Positions 47,163-56,900 of a stretch of DNA of 64,000 nt are shown here, one piece after another. The DNA comes from an uncultured Chthonomonas sp. (GTDB lineage: Bacteria > Armatimonadota > Chthonomonadetes > Chthonomonadales > CAJBBX01): positions 6,452 through 70,451 of the forward strand of contig CAJBBX010000127.1 in the NCBI GenBank assembly GCA_903951425.1. The letters are read 5' to 3'. Both the position numbers and the translations under genes were made by a program. Numbering within the stretch: position 1 is the first letter of the stretch; each line of letters starts with the position of its first letter. A model generated the notes under the pieces. That model saw only the letters and a list, made by a program, of their open reading frames with translations. It had not been told where the DNA came from and ran no database searches.

Positions 47163-48608
47163 ATGCGCAACGCTGCACGTGTGATCTGGACCGCAAGTCT
47201 TTGGCGCTACGCCGCCGTCGTTTGTCTTCTCGGGGCAGCATCTCACGCCCACGCACAGACGGGTCTCACGCTGCCGTTCGACGGCAGCCTGACCGGAACC
47301 CGGGGCCAAACGCCCTCGAGCACCTCGGGCGTTACATTTGCCGCAGGCAAGGTGAACCAGGCCGCGGCATTCGATTCGAGTGACGTGCTGGAGTACCCGT
47401 CGGCGACGAACATCGATTCGCAGGAGGGCACGCTGGAGTTCTGGTACAAGCCCAACTGGAACCCTGGGACGGGCCGCGGCTACGCGTTCTGCGTGTGGGG
47501 TGGCGGCGGCGGCATGGTATTCGTCGTTGATGGTGGACCGAATCTCCGAGCGATCTTCAACAGGTGGGGCGCGGAGGTCGGGGTTATCGCAAACGTGAGC
47601 GGATGGCATACCGGGGAGTGGCACCACATCGCCTTCACCTGGAGCAGCTCGCAGCTCCTGCTGCGCCTCTACCTCGACGGTGCGCTGAAGGATCAATGGC
47701 ATCTCAGCGCGCCGCTGCCGAGCATATCGGGCGACCCTCTTCGGATCGGTTCGGAGGCTGGCGGATCGGACGCCGACGGCCTGATGGACGAAGTCAGCAT
47801 CTCGACCCGAGCCAAGACTTCCGGCGAGGTCCTGGATTCCTATCTCCGGACGGTGGGAATCACCGGCTTGAGGTTCAATCCCGAGAACCTGACGCTGTGG
47901 AAGACGTGGTGGCGCAAGCCGCGGCTGTTTGCAGAGACGCCTGCGGGATCGGTGGAGCTTCCGCACGACGCCTACCCGCTGACGTCGTCGGACCCATCAG
48001 TCGGCGCGATTCGTTCCGATAACGACATACTCGCCGCCAATGTCGGCACGTGCGACATCTCGGCGACGTTCGGCGGGCTCACCGCGACGATGCACCTAAC
48101 GGTCCCAACGCCGGCCCTTCCGGAACAGGACGAGCCTATAGACCCGGTGCTGTCAACGCCAATGGCCGGCCACATATGGGAGGTGCCGGTCGTCATCGTG
48201 CGGTTCATACCGACGGCTGACGGTGTGCACGTGGACCCGGACCATATCGGGCCCGATGGAAGCTGGGTGACCGTGGAGATGGCCCGCGGGTGGATCGACA
48301 AGTTCGAGATACGGACCAAGAACGGGCTGGAGCTGCGCAGTCGGTTCCGTGCTCACAGTCGGCCCGAGGCCCGACCGTCGCTGGGCTACCGCGTACTCAA
48401 GATCATCACGTTCTACGAGCCTATGCCTCCCTACATGGACTTCCAGCCGGACGCGTCGTCGCATCAACCCGACTACGACCAGATTCTCCGCCGCATCAAC
48501 GCGGAGCACTGGGTGACGGAGCACAATGCAAAGGAGTTCTGGATCTGGGGCTACCACGCGGGAGGCATCTACCCTGTCGAGTCCGACGACGGGAGACATC
48601 TCCAATAG
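47163..48608 (+). CDS. 5' part of frameshift-split surface protein: signal peptide, LamG, Big_2, start of unknown domain
   Basis: ORF 47100..48608. The ATG at 47163 follows GGGAGG. LamG features (EFWYKPNW, GEWHHIAFTW, DGLMDEVSIS), then Big_2 (SSDPSVGAIRSDNDILAANVGTCDISA). Confidence 0.7.
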   Translation: MRNAARVIWTASLWRYAAVVCLLGAASHAHAQTGLTLPFDGSLTGTRGQTPSSTSGVTFAAGKVNQAAAFDSSDVLEYPSATNIDSQEGTLEFWYKPNWNPGTGRGYAFCVWGGGGGMVFVVDGGPNLRAIFNRWGAEVGVIANVSGWHTGEWHHIAFTWSSSQLLLRLYLDGALKDQWHLSAPLPSISGDPLRIGSEAGGSDADGLMDEVSISTRAKTSGEVLDSYLRTVGITGLRFNPENLTLWKTWWRKPRLFAETPAGSVELPHDAYPLTSSDPSVGAIRSDNDILAANVGTCDISATFGGLTATMHLTVPTPALPEQDEPIDPVLSTPMAGHIWEVPVVIVRFIPTADGVHVDPDHIGPDGSWVTVEMARGWIDKFEIRTKNGLELRSRFRAHSRPEARPSLGYRVLKIITFYEPMPPYMDFQPDASSHQPDYDQILRRINAEHWVTEHNAKEFWIWGYHAGGIYPVESDDGRHLQ

Positions 48609-50661
48609 CTTCCGGCTGAACGACCTGCCGGTGTTCGACCGCACCTACACACTCTACGGCTACAACTTCATGCGGACCCAGACCGAGGCTCTGCACAACC
48701 ACGGCCACCAGATCGAGGCCATCCTGTCGCATGTGGCCTCGCGGCAGGATGGCGTTACCGACCTCTTCTGGGTGAACTTCTGCGGCTTCGTCCCGGGGGT
48801 GGGCATGGGCACTGGCCGGGGCGGCACGTGCCACCATCCGACGAACACCAACCTGGACTATGACTATCTTAACGAGGCTCTCGTGCTGAGCGACTGCGAA
48901 GACTGGACGCCCGACTACTCCGGCGAAAAGAAGACGGTCAATATGCACCGCTGGAGGGATCTGGTGTTCGAGTGGCCCGGCGATCCCGGCTTCAATGATC
49001 CATCGCTGTGGTCCACGCGGGCCGAGACCCAGTATCTCATCTACTGGTGGCAGAACATGCCGGGCTGGGACAACGGCATCCGGTACGGCGCATCCGAGGA
49101 GATGACCAACTGGTGGAAGTTCACCGGCGACTGGGACGGGAGCATCGCGCGACTGGCTGCGGAGGGAGGGCTGCACGGACCCAAGCAGGCGTCACTTTCG
49201 AGCATTGTGGTGGACCCGGCCTCCGGTACGCCGGGGGCCTCGTCGGATCTGTGCGCCGTTCTGCTGCGGCGGTCCAATGGCTCAGGCGTGGCCCTAAAGG
49301 CTGTGCAGTTCGCTATCGACGGAACGGCTGTGGGCACGGGCAATACATCCGCCTCGGGCCGGGCGGTGCTGCCCTACGTCGTGGGCAGCCTCGGAGCGGG
49401 CGCACACGAGGTGCTGGCCCAGTTCGCAGGAGACGGTGATCTTGCGGCTGCGTCGGGCGCCGCGACACTGACGGTGAGCAAGGCGGGGACCTCCGTTCAG
49501 ACTGCCGACTGCGCCGGTGTCGTGGCGGAGTGGCTCGTCCTCCGTGCAGCAGACCTGTCGCGGAATACCGACAACGCGATGCTTGCCGGACAGACGATCA
49601 CGTTCAAGGTGGATGGCTCGACGGTGGGAACAGGCTTGACGGACGCCGGCGGCGACGCCACCTTCACGTGGACCGTCTCGGACGGGCCCGTCACACGGAC
49701 GGTCCGGGTCGAGTATGCCGGCGACGGATCGTACAACCCGTGCAGCGCCGAGGCAACGCTGATCGTGGACACGAACAACACGCGGACCGCCACAAAGCTC
49801 TACACCGTTGATCGGTTGGCCGTTGGCGCGGACCCGGTGGCACTGCGCGGCTTCCTGTACAGAAAGAGCGACAGCGCCGGCCTCTCCGGCAAGACCCTCT
49901 CGTTCAAGATAGCCGGAACGGACGTGGGCACAGCCGGTACGGCCGTGGGAGGGGCTGCGACGTTCACGTGGATCGCTACCGCCGATCCAGATAGCCGACA
50001 GATCATGGTTGTGTTCTATGGCGATGAGACGTTCGGTCCGGCGCTGGCCACTGCCAACCTCACGGTACGAACCTACGATACCAAAGTCCTGGCACCGGGG
50101 CGGTCCGGCGAGATCGCCGAGAGCATCGTGCTGAAGGCCTATCTCTATCGCGTTCCAGGCAGCTCGCCCGTGCCGGGTAAGCGGCTCGATCTGACCGTTG
50201 ACGGAACTACCGTGGGCTCGGCCACCACCAACCCCCAGGGCCGAGCGCTGATCACGTGGACTGTGCCGGACGCGCTTGCACCGGGCAGCCACGTCTTTGC
50301 AGGGGTCTGGCCGGGCGATGCCGGATACAGGGCGTCCTCGTCGACCGGCACACTGATGGTCGATAAGGGCGTGAGCTACCTCTGGCTGGCCTCCCGCTCC
50401 ATCGCCCGCGGCGGCAGCGCCTACCTGCGGGCCTACTTGCGCCGCCTGCCGGACTACGTCTGGCTACCCGGCAGAACGGTGCAGTTCACGCTGGACGGCG
50501 TCGTGCTCGGCACCGGCGTAACGGACAGCAGCGGCATGGCGCCATACCTCTACACGGCTCCCGCGGGAATGGCGACCGGCGCACATCCGATGGAGGCCGA
50601 GTTCGCGGGCGACAGCACGTACCTGGAGAACGGGTCAGTCGCCACGCTTACGGTGCTGTGA
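48526..50661 (+). CDS. 3' part of the same protein: unknown His/Trp-rich domain and 5 Ig-like repeats
   Basis: The coding signal (GC3) switches from the upstream frame into this frame at ~48592, and the protein domain continues across the junction. The ATG at 48526 is probably not a real start. Confidence 0.7.
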   Translation: MQRSSGSGATTREASTLSSPTTGDISNSFRLNDLPVFDRTYTLYGYNFMRTQTEALHNHGHQIEAILSHVASRQDGVTDLFWVNFCGFVPGVGMGTGRGGTCHHPTNTNLDYDYLNEALVLSDCEDWTPDYSGEKKTVNMHRWRDLVFEWPGDPGFNDPSLWSTRAETQYLIYWWQNMPGWDNGIRYGASEEMTNWWKFTGDWDGSIARLAAEGGLHGPKQASLSSIVVDPASGTPGASSDLCAVLLRRSNGSGVALKAVQFAIDGTAVGTGNTSASGRAVLPYVVGSLGAGAHEVLAQFAGDGDLAAASGAATLTVSKAGTSVQTADCAGVVAEWLVLRAADLSRNTDNAMLAGQTITFKVDGSTVGTGLTDAGGDATFTWTVSDGPVTRTVRVEYAGDGSYNPCSAEATLIVDTNNTRTATKLYTVDRLAVGADPVALRGFLYRKSDSAGLSGKTLSFKIAGTDVGTAGTAVGGAATFTWIATADPDSRQIMVVFYGDETFGPALATANLTVRTYDTKVLAPGRSGEIAESIVLKAYLYRVPGSSPVPGKRLDLTVDGTTVGSATTNPQGRALITWTVPDALAPGSHVFAGVWPGDAGYRASSSTGTLMVDKGVSYLWLASRSIARGGSAYLRAYLRRLPDYVWLPGRTVQFTLDGVVLGTGVTDSSGMAPYLYTAPAGMATGAHPMEAEFAGDSTYLENGSVATLTVL
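49190..50658 (+). repeat. five tandem ~97-aa Ig-like coding repeats
   Basis: Recurrent pattern L(R/K)AxLxR...G(K/R)xLxFxxDGTxVGxxxTxxxGxAxxxWxV...FAGDxxxxxSxxxxxLTV, seen five times. Confidence 0.75.
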
Positions 50662-50878
50662 TGCAGGCGAACCACCTGGCGACTGGTTACGCTACGCCAA
50701 TGCGTGCATTGCGCATGTTCGGTCCGCCAGTATGGGGCACGGTCAGTCTCGTGCGATGTTGGAAGTCGCGGGCGCAAAGGCTCGAGTTCTGTCATGGGGG
50801 CACCCCTACAGGCTCTGCCCTGATGCCTATCGCGCCGTCAGTAGATCCCACGTCTGCGCCCCAGACGCACAGATCGGT

Positions 50879-53314
50879 CTAGGTCACTGGAGCCGCCACC
50901 GTAGGGGGCTCCAGTGCCAGTTCAAGCACGGCGGCTGCGTCCTCCACGAAGTGGAAGTCCACAGCATCGCGCACCTCGGTGGGCACATCCTCCAGATAGT
51001 TCTTGCGGTTGCGCTTGGGCAGGAGGATGGTCCGAATGCCTGCCCGATGCGATGCCAGGACCTTCTCCTTCACGCCGCCGATAGACAGCACCTTGCCGCT
51101 GAGCGTGATCTCGCCCGTCATCGCCAGGCGGCTGCGTACCAGACGACCGGTCATCAGCGATGCCAGCGCCGTGGCGATGGTGATGCCCGCCGAGGGGCCG
51201 TCCTTGGGCGTGGCGCCGGCGGGCACATGGATGTGGATATCGTGGTCATCGGCGAAGGCCGGGTCCACGCCGATCTGGCTCGATCTGGAGCGCACGTAGG
51301 TGAGCGCGGCCTGGGCCGACTCCCGCATCACGTCGCCCAACTGCCCCGTGAGGACCAACGTGCCGGGACGGCCATTGGTCTTCATGGCGGCCGCCTCGAT
51401 GAAGATGATGTCACCGCCCACGGGCGTCCAGACCATGCCGACCGCGACCCCCGGCCTGCGCTGCCGTTCGTCCAGCTCCTCACGCTCGAACCGCGGTGCG
51501 CCGAGGTACTCGGTCACCTGAGCCAGCCCCACAGAGAGCGGCTTTTGGCGCCCCTCGGCGAACGACCGCGTGGCCTTGCGGCAGACCGAGGCGATCTCGC
51601 GCTCCAGGTTGCGCACGCCGGCCTCGCGCGTGTGACCGCGGATCACCGAGACGACGGCAGGAGCCGTGAACTTGAGCCTGCCCTTCATGCCGTGCTCGCC
51701 GATCTGCTTCGGGATGAGGTGCCGCCGGGCGATGGCGACCTTCTCCTCCTCGGTGTAGCCGGCCAGCTCGATCACCTCCATCCGGTCACGCAGCGGCGGC
51801 AGGATTGTATCGAGCATGTTGGCCGTGGTGATGAAGAGCACACGAGAGAGGTCGAACGGCACCTCGAGGTAGTGGTCGCGGAATGTGCTGTTCTGCTCTG
51901 GGTCCAGCACCTCCAACAAGGCCGACGAGGGATCGCCCCGGAAGTCGGCGGTCACCTTGTCGATCTCGTCCAACATGAAGAGTGGATTGTTGGAGCTTGC
52001 GCGGCGAATGCCCTGGATAATCTGGCCCGGGAGCGCGCCGATGTAGGTGCGACGATGCCCGCGGATCTCCGCCTCGTCGCGCACGCCGCCCAGGGAGATG
52101 CGAACGAACTCGCGGCCCAGCGCCCGCGCTATGCTCTTGCCCAGCGATGTCTTGCCGACACCGGGAGGTCCTGCCAGGCACAGAATGGGCTGCCGGATGG
52201 GTCCATCACCCTTGAACTTCCGCACGGCCAGAAACTCCAGGATCCGGTCCTTGACCTTCTCAAGGCCTGTATGGTCCTGATCAAGCACGGCCTTCACCTG
52301 GGCGATCTCAAGGTTGTCTGTCGTTGCCTTGTTCCAGGGGAGCGCCACGAGCCAGTCCACGTACGTACGAGACACGGTGTACTCCGGCGCCGCCGAGGGG
52401 ATGCGCTGAAGCCGCTCCAGCTCGCGGTCGGCTTCCTTGCGCGCCTCTTCGGGCATGCCCGAGGCCTCGATCTTCTCCCGGAGCTCGTCGATCTCGCGCG
52501 TGTGCTCGTCGCCCTCGCCCAGCTCGCGCTGGATGGCCTTCATCTGCTCACGGAGGTAGTACTCGCGCTGTGTCTTGCCCAACTCGCTGGCCACCTGGGA
52601 GTGGAGCTTGCTGCCTAGTTCCAGCACTTCCACCTCGCGGGCAAGGAGGCCCATCGCCGCCTGCATCCGTTCGCGGACAGGGATCGTGGCGAGGACACGC
52701 TGGCGGTCATCCGGCGTGAGGCGGGGCATATGCGCGGTGACCAGGTCGGCCAGGACGCGGGGGTCCTGAACGCCTCCGGCGAATGCCTGGAGCTCGTCCG
52801 CCATATCGGGCGAGAGCGAGACGGCCTTCTGGAAGAGCGCCGAGATCGAGCGCTTCAGTGCCTCTACCTCCAGCGTCTGGTCTGCCGGAACATCCGGCTC
52901 CTCAAGTCGCCGAACCCGCACGCGGAGGTAGGGCTCCGTCTGCACGGCCTCCAGCAACTCGATGCGCGCTATGCCCTGGACGATCAGGCGTATGCCGTCC
53001 GGCAGTTGGCCCATCATGCGAATGGCGACGGCGCAACCGATCCGCTGGACGTCATCGAGGCCTGGTTCCTCGACAGCCGGGTCGAGCAGGGCCGAGACGG
53101 CGATGACCCGGTTGCCGCCCACAACCGACTCGTTGACGAGGCGCACCGAGCTGTCGCGACCGACGCCGAGGGGCGTGACCAGGACTGGGAACATGACGAA
53201 CTCGCGTAGCGGCAAGAGGTTGAGTTCCTCCGGGATGCTAATCCTCCCGTCCGTGTCTACCCGTCCTCCGTCCTCCGGCTCGCTGATGGTAACGGTGTGG
53301 TTTTGGTCTTCCAT
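50879..53314 (-). CDS. lon: Lon protease (LonA type), copy 2
   Basis: Walker [10 protein letters not shown] and PKDGPSAG. Full-length paralog of 3484..5892 with an acidic N-terminal tail. It lies 33 nt downstream of hsp20. Confidence 0.95.
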   Translation of the reverse strand: MEDQNHTVTISEPEDGGRVDTDGRISIPEELNLLPLREFVMFPVLVTPLGVGRDSSVRLVNESVVGGNRVIAVSALLDPAVEEPGLDDVQRIGCAVAIRMMGQLPDGIRLIVQGIARIELLEAVQTEPYLRVRVRRLEEPDVPADQTLEVEALKRSISALFQKAVSLSPDMADELQAFAGGVQDPRVLADLVTAHMPRLTPDDRQRVLATIPVRERMQAAMGLLAREVEVLELGSKLHSQVASELGKTQREYYLREQMKAIQRELGEGDEHTREIDELREKIEASGMPEEARKEADRELERLQRIPSAAPEYTVSRTYVDWLVALPWNKATTDNLEIAQVKAVLDQDHTGLEKVKDRILEFLAVRKFKGDGPIRQPILCLAGPPGVGKTSLGKSIARALGREFVRISLGGVRDEAEIRGHRRTYIGALPGQIIQGIRRASSNNPLFMLDEIDKVTADFRGDPSSALLEVLDPEQNSTFRDHYLEVPFDLSRVLFITTANMLDTILPPLRDRMEVIELAGYTEEEKVAIARRHLIPKQIGEHGMKGRLKFTAPAVVSVIRGHTREAGVRNLEREIASVCRKATRSFAEGRQKPLSVGLAQVTEYLGAPRFEREELDERQRRPGVAVGMVWTPVGGDIIFIEAAAMKTNGRPGTLVLTGQLGDVMRESAQAALTYVRSRSSQIGVDPAFADDHDIHIHVPAGATPKDGPSAGITIATALASLMTGRLVRSRLAMTGEITLSGKVLSIGGVKEKVLASHRAGIRTILLPKRNRKNYLEDVPTEVRDAVDFHFVEDAAAVLELALEPPTVAAPVT

Positions 53315-53347
53315 GGTTGCCCTATGCCCTGCGTCGCGGCGTCCCGC

Positions 53348-53800
53348 TCATTCGACCTCGACCTCGGTGGCCGTCCTCTGCCTCGGCTGTCCCTTGGGTA
53401 TGTGTACGAGCAGCATCCCGTCGCGGTACTTGGCCGTCACCGCGTCGCGGTCGACGCGGACGCCGGTCGGCAACGGTATCTGACGCTCGAACGGACCGAA
53501 GTAAATCTCCAGTTGGTAGCACCGGATGCGGTGTTCGCGCTCCTCTGGGTCCTCGTAGCGGGTGCCCGAAACCGTGAGGTAGCGGTCATCCGACGAGAGG
53601 GCTACGGTCAGGGCGTCCGGCTTCACGCCGGGCACCTCCACCTTCACGATCACGCTTGTGGGCGTCTCGTGGACGTCGGCCCGCGGTTGCCAGTACTTCT
53701 CCGGCTGGGGTACTCCCGCGAAGAAGCCTCGGAGCGCCTCGTCGGCGATCCGCTGCATCTCGCGCTCCATCACGCGGACGACTTCCGCATCTCTGTTCAT
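53348..53800 (-). CDS. Hsp20/alpha-crystallin family small heat-shock protein
   Basis: ORF 53348..53899, start at the ATG at 53800. Alpha-crystallin domain (WQPRADVHETPTSVIVKVEVPGV...AKYRDGMLLVHIPK). Confidence 0.88.
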   Translation of the reverse strand: MNRDAEVVRVMEREMQRIADEALRGFFAGVPQPEKYWQPRADVHETPTSVIVKVEVPGVKPDALTVALSSDDRYLTVSGTRYEDPEEREHRIRCYQLEIYFGPFERQIPLPTGVRVDRDAVTAKYRDGMLLVHIPKGQPRQRTATEVEVE

Positions 53801-53892
53801 TGCGCTGCTCTTCCCGATACTGTGCTTGGTCTCGGTGAGTCTACCACGCGCCGCCCGGACGGCCGGAGCGCACCGCCCGGCTGTGGCCGCCT

Positions 53893-53901
53893 GTGCCATA
53901 A
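53893..53901 (+). promoter_or_regulatory. extended -10-like element TGcCATAAT
   Basis: Same TGTGCCATAAT 11-mer as at 12097..12107. It lies 97 nt upstream of the 53998 start. No clear -35. Confidence 0.3.
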
Positions 53902-53997
53902 TAGCCCATGAGGGGCTCCGCGAGGCCCGTGGATTCGTCCCTCTTGCTATACAAGGAACACCACGGCCACTCCGTTGTGACCGCGAAGGGACGCCCC

Positions 53998-56900
53998 ATG
54001 CGATTGTGCCGAGCCCTCGTGCTGCTGCTGGTCACCGCCCTGGCGGCCCAATTCGCAGCGGGGCAGACGCCGCCCAGGTCCGCCGTCCTCTGCTACACCG
54101 CACACGACGACGACTACCTTTATCTGGCGGCGACAGTCCGAAAGCCAACCCTGCAGGGGGACCGCTCCGCGCCGTTCACCGATGTGCTGAAAGACGACTG
54201 CCTGGCCCTCTACGCCTCCTCGGCCGACGGGAAGACGCAGGTCATGATGGCCGTCAGCGTGGCCGGCGGCGCACAGATGTATCGCGGCTCTAGCGCCGCG
54301 GGACTCGGCGGCTTCGATGACTTCCGGGCGATGCCGGACGGTGCGCGCATTCCTTTCCGCTATTACGTGACCCATGCGGGCGACATGAACCGTGCGGGCG
54401 GCGGCGAATCCTACACGGTGGAAATGGCGCTCCCGTGGATCGAGATTGGCGGCCCGCCGGCGGCCAACGCGCGCATCACGGTAAACGTGGCCGCCATGAG
54501 CGCCGCCGGCGATACGACATCCCTACTGAGCCTTGCGCCCAAGGTTCAGAGCCCGGCTGACGCCTGGAGGATCGACCTCTGGACCGACCTGCTGCTCACG
54601 CCAGCCGCCCCACAGGCGGCTGGGTCGAGGCGCGTCTGCCCCAAGGTCGGTAAGCGGGCGCCCAACATGGACGGCGTCATTGACAAGGACGAGTGGGCTA
54701 CGGCGTCCGAGATCACCATGGTCGAGCGTGAGGGTGGCGGCGCAACCATTGTGGCGCCCTCGCTCATCGCGGCTCGAACGGGAGCCGCGCCGAAGGCCGT
54801 CGCCGCACCTGCGCCCGCTGCCAACCCCGTGCCGGGCGCACCCAGTCTCGCCGATGCCGCTGCGCTGAAGCTCCCAAAGATGGTCTGGACCGTCTACCTG
54901 GTCGACTGGCAGTGCGACTCACGCAAGGGGCTTCCGCTTCGCTCCACACGGGCGGCATCCGGAGCTACCCTGGCCACAACGCACCCGCTCGACGGCGAGG
55001 GACCGTGGCTCAGTTCGGACAGCGTGGAGATGCACCGCCGAGACATGGTTCGGATGCGCGACTCGGGCATCGACGGATTGGCCGTGCGCCTCCCGCTGGC
55101 GGACACCGATGCGCGCCGCCTGGCGTTGCGCGGCGCGCTGGCCCTGGGCGCCGCACAGCGATGGCTTGCCGGCAGGCGCGAACCTGTGATCCCGGCGGCT
55201 CCGCTTATCGATTTCGGCTCCGGGGCCGCCGTAGACCTGGCCGACACCGCGCAACAGGCGCGCGTCGTGGGGTTGGTGCACGCTTTTGCGCTACGGGTGC
55301 CCAGGTTCGGGCGAGCCCATGTGCCCGTTGCCGGCGCACCAACCGGAAGCGTTCTTCCCATCTTCGTTGTGGGCGGGGTCGCGCCGGGTTCCCTGACCAA
55401 AGCTGCCGCCCAGGCGATCCGCGAGGCGGTCTGGCGCGCCACAGGGTGCGACAGCGTGCTCTGCGCCGCTCCCGACGCCGGCGACGGCGCCACGGTGCTA
55501 TTGCCCTCGCCTGACGGAGGCACAGCCCCGGGGCCATCCTCCGTCGCCCGCATGAGGCCCGAGGCCCTGGGCGAGGCAGGGATCGACGCCTTCCGCACCG
55601 CTTGGCGCAACCAGGCCCGCGCCAAGGCCAACTGGATCATCCTGGAGAGCTGGAACGACTTCGAGGCAGGCACGGCCGTTGCGCCGACCCTGGAGTTCGG
55701 CGCTGCCCTGCTCGACGCCACCGCCGCCTGGGCAAGGGCCTGGCACGTTCCCCAGGGCCTTCGCGCCGAGGCCCTCCTCACCAATGCCCCGGCCACACTG
55801 GGCGCAGGAGCGCTGGCGCTCTTCGATGTCACCCTTCGCAACTCCGGTACGGTGGCGATCACGGCAGCTAGCCATCTCCTCGCCACGCGCTGGATCGGCC
55901 CCAACGGCCAGGCCTCAGGTGCGACGGAAACGTCCCCGATCCCGGCCGATACGGACCCGTTCCAGACCAGGCCCCAGCGCCTCGCAGTGCGCGCGCCAGC
56001 CGCCGCCGGCGAGTGGCGCCTGGAGGTGGCGTTGCAGCAGTCCGCAGCCGCGGCGACGCCGGTGCTGGTGGCCTCACTGCCCGTCACCGTCACGGCCGAT
56101 AAGGCCCTGCGCCCGACCATGCTCTGGACGGACCTGCCTGCGGTGCTCGAGGCAGGAGCCGCCTACGATGTCCGGGCGGTCCTGCGCAACGACGGCCCCG
56201 ATGCATGGCCGGCCGGCACAATGGTTCGGGCACGCATGGGTGTTGACGGTTCCGGCGGCCGCACCGACGGAGGGCTTGCTGATGCCTGTGTCGCCCTGCC
56301 CGCTCCGGTGCCTGCGGGCGCAGCGACGGAAGTAAAGGTGCTGCTGGGGACGGTGACCCCGACGGGGCGCGCGGTCACCACAGATGACGGCATGGCCGCA
56401 CAGTGCCCGATCGTCTGGTGGGAGGTCGGCGCCGGCCAGGCCGCCACAGCCACGGTTGACGCCGATGCGGTGGGCATCATCGACGCGGACGTGGGCGCGG
56501 TCTTCATGAACGACTACACGCCCGACCAGCTGCCTGCTGCCAAGCGCCTGATGGTGCCCATCGGGGTGCGCAATGCCGGCGCCCAGACGTGGCGGCGTGA
56601 TGCGGTGCGCCTGGGCTGCCACTGGTACTATCAGGATGGCGTGGAGGCCCTCTGGGAGGGCGAGACGACGGCGCTACCGCAGGATCTGGCTCCCGGCGAG
56701 CAGTTGCCGGACCTGCTGGCAGCCGTCACCGCGCCGCCCAACGACGGCTCGTACTGGCTCGTGTGGGACATGAAGGTCGGCGACACATGGCAGTCCACCC
56801 TCCCGTCCGCACGGCCCTACGACATCCGCGTACACCCGGTCACGGTGATTATGGGCCAGCTATGGATGGCTGAGTTGCCGTGTGGGCCACCGTCGCCTGC

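Noticed and set aside
46848-50658. Possible diversity-generating retroelement (template and variable repeat pair), suggested by the similar C-terminal modules at 46848..47093 and 50404..50658.
   Set aside because: There is no reverse transcriptase gene in the window. The two copies differ at all base types rather than specifically at adenines, and the divergence is too high for a TR/VR pair.
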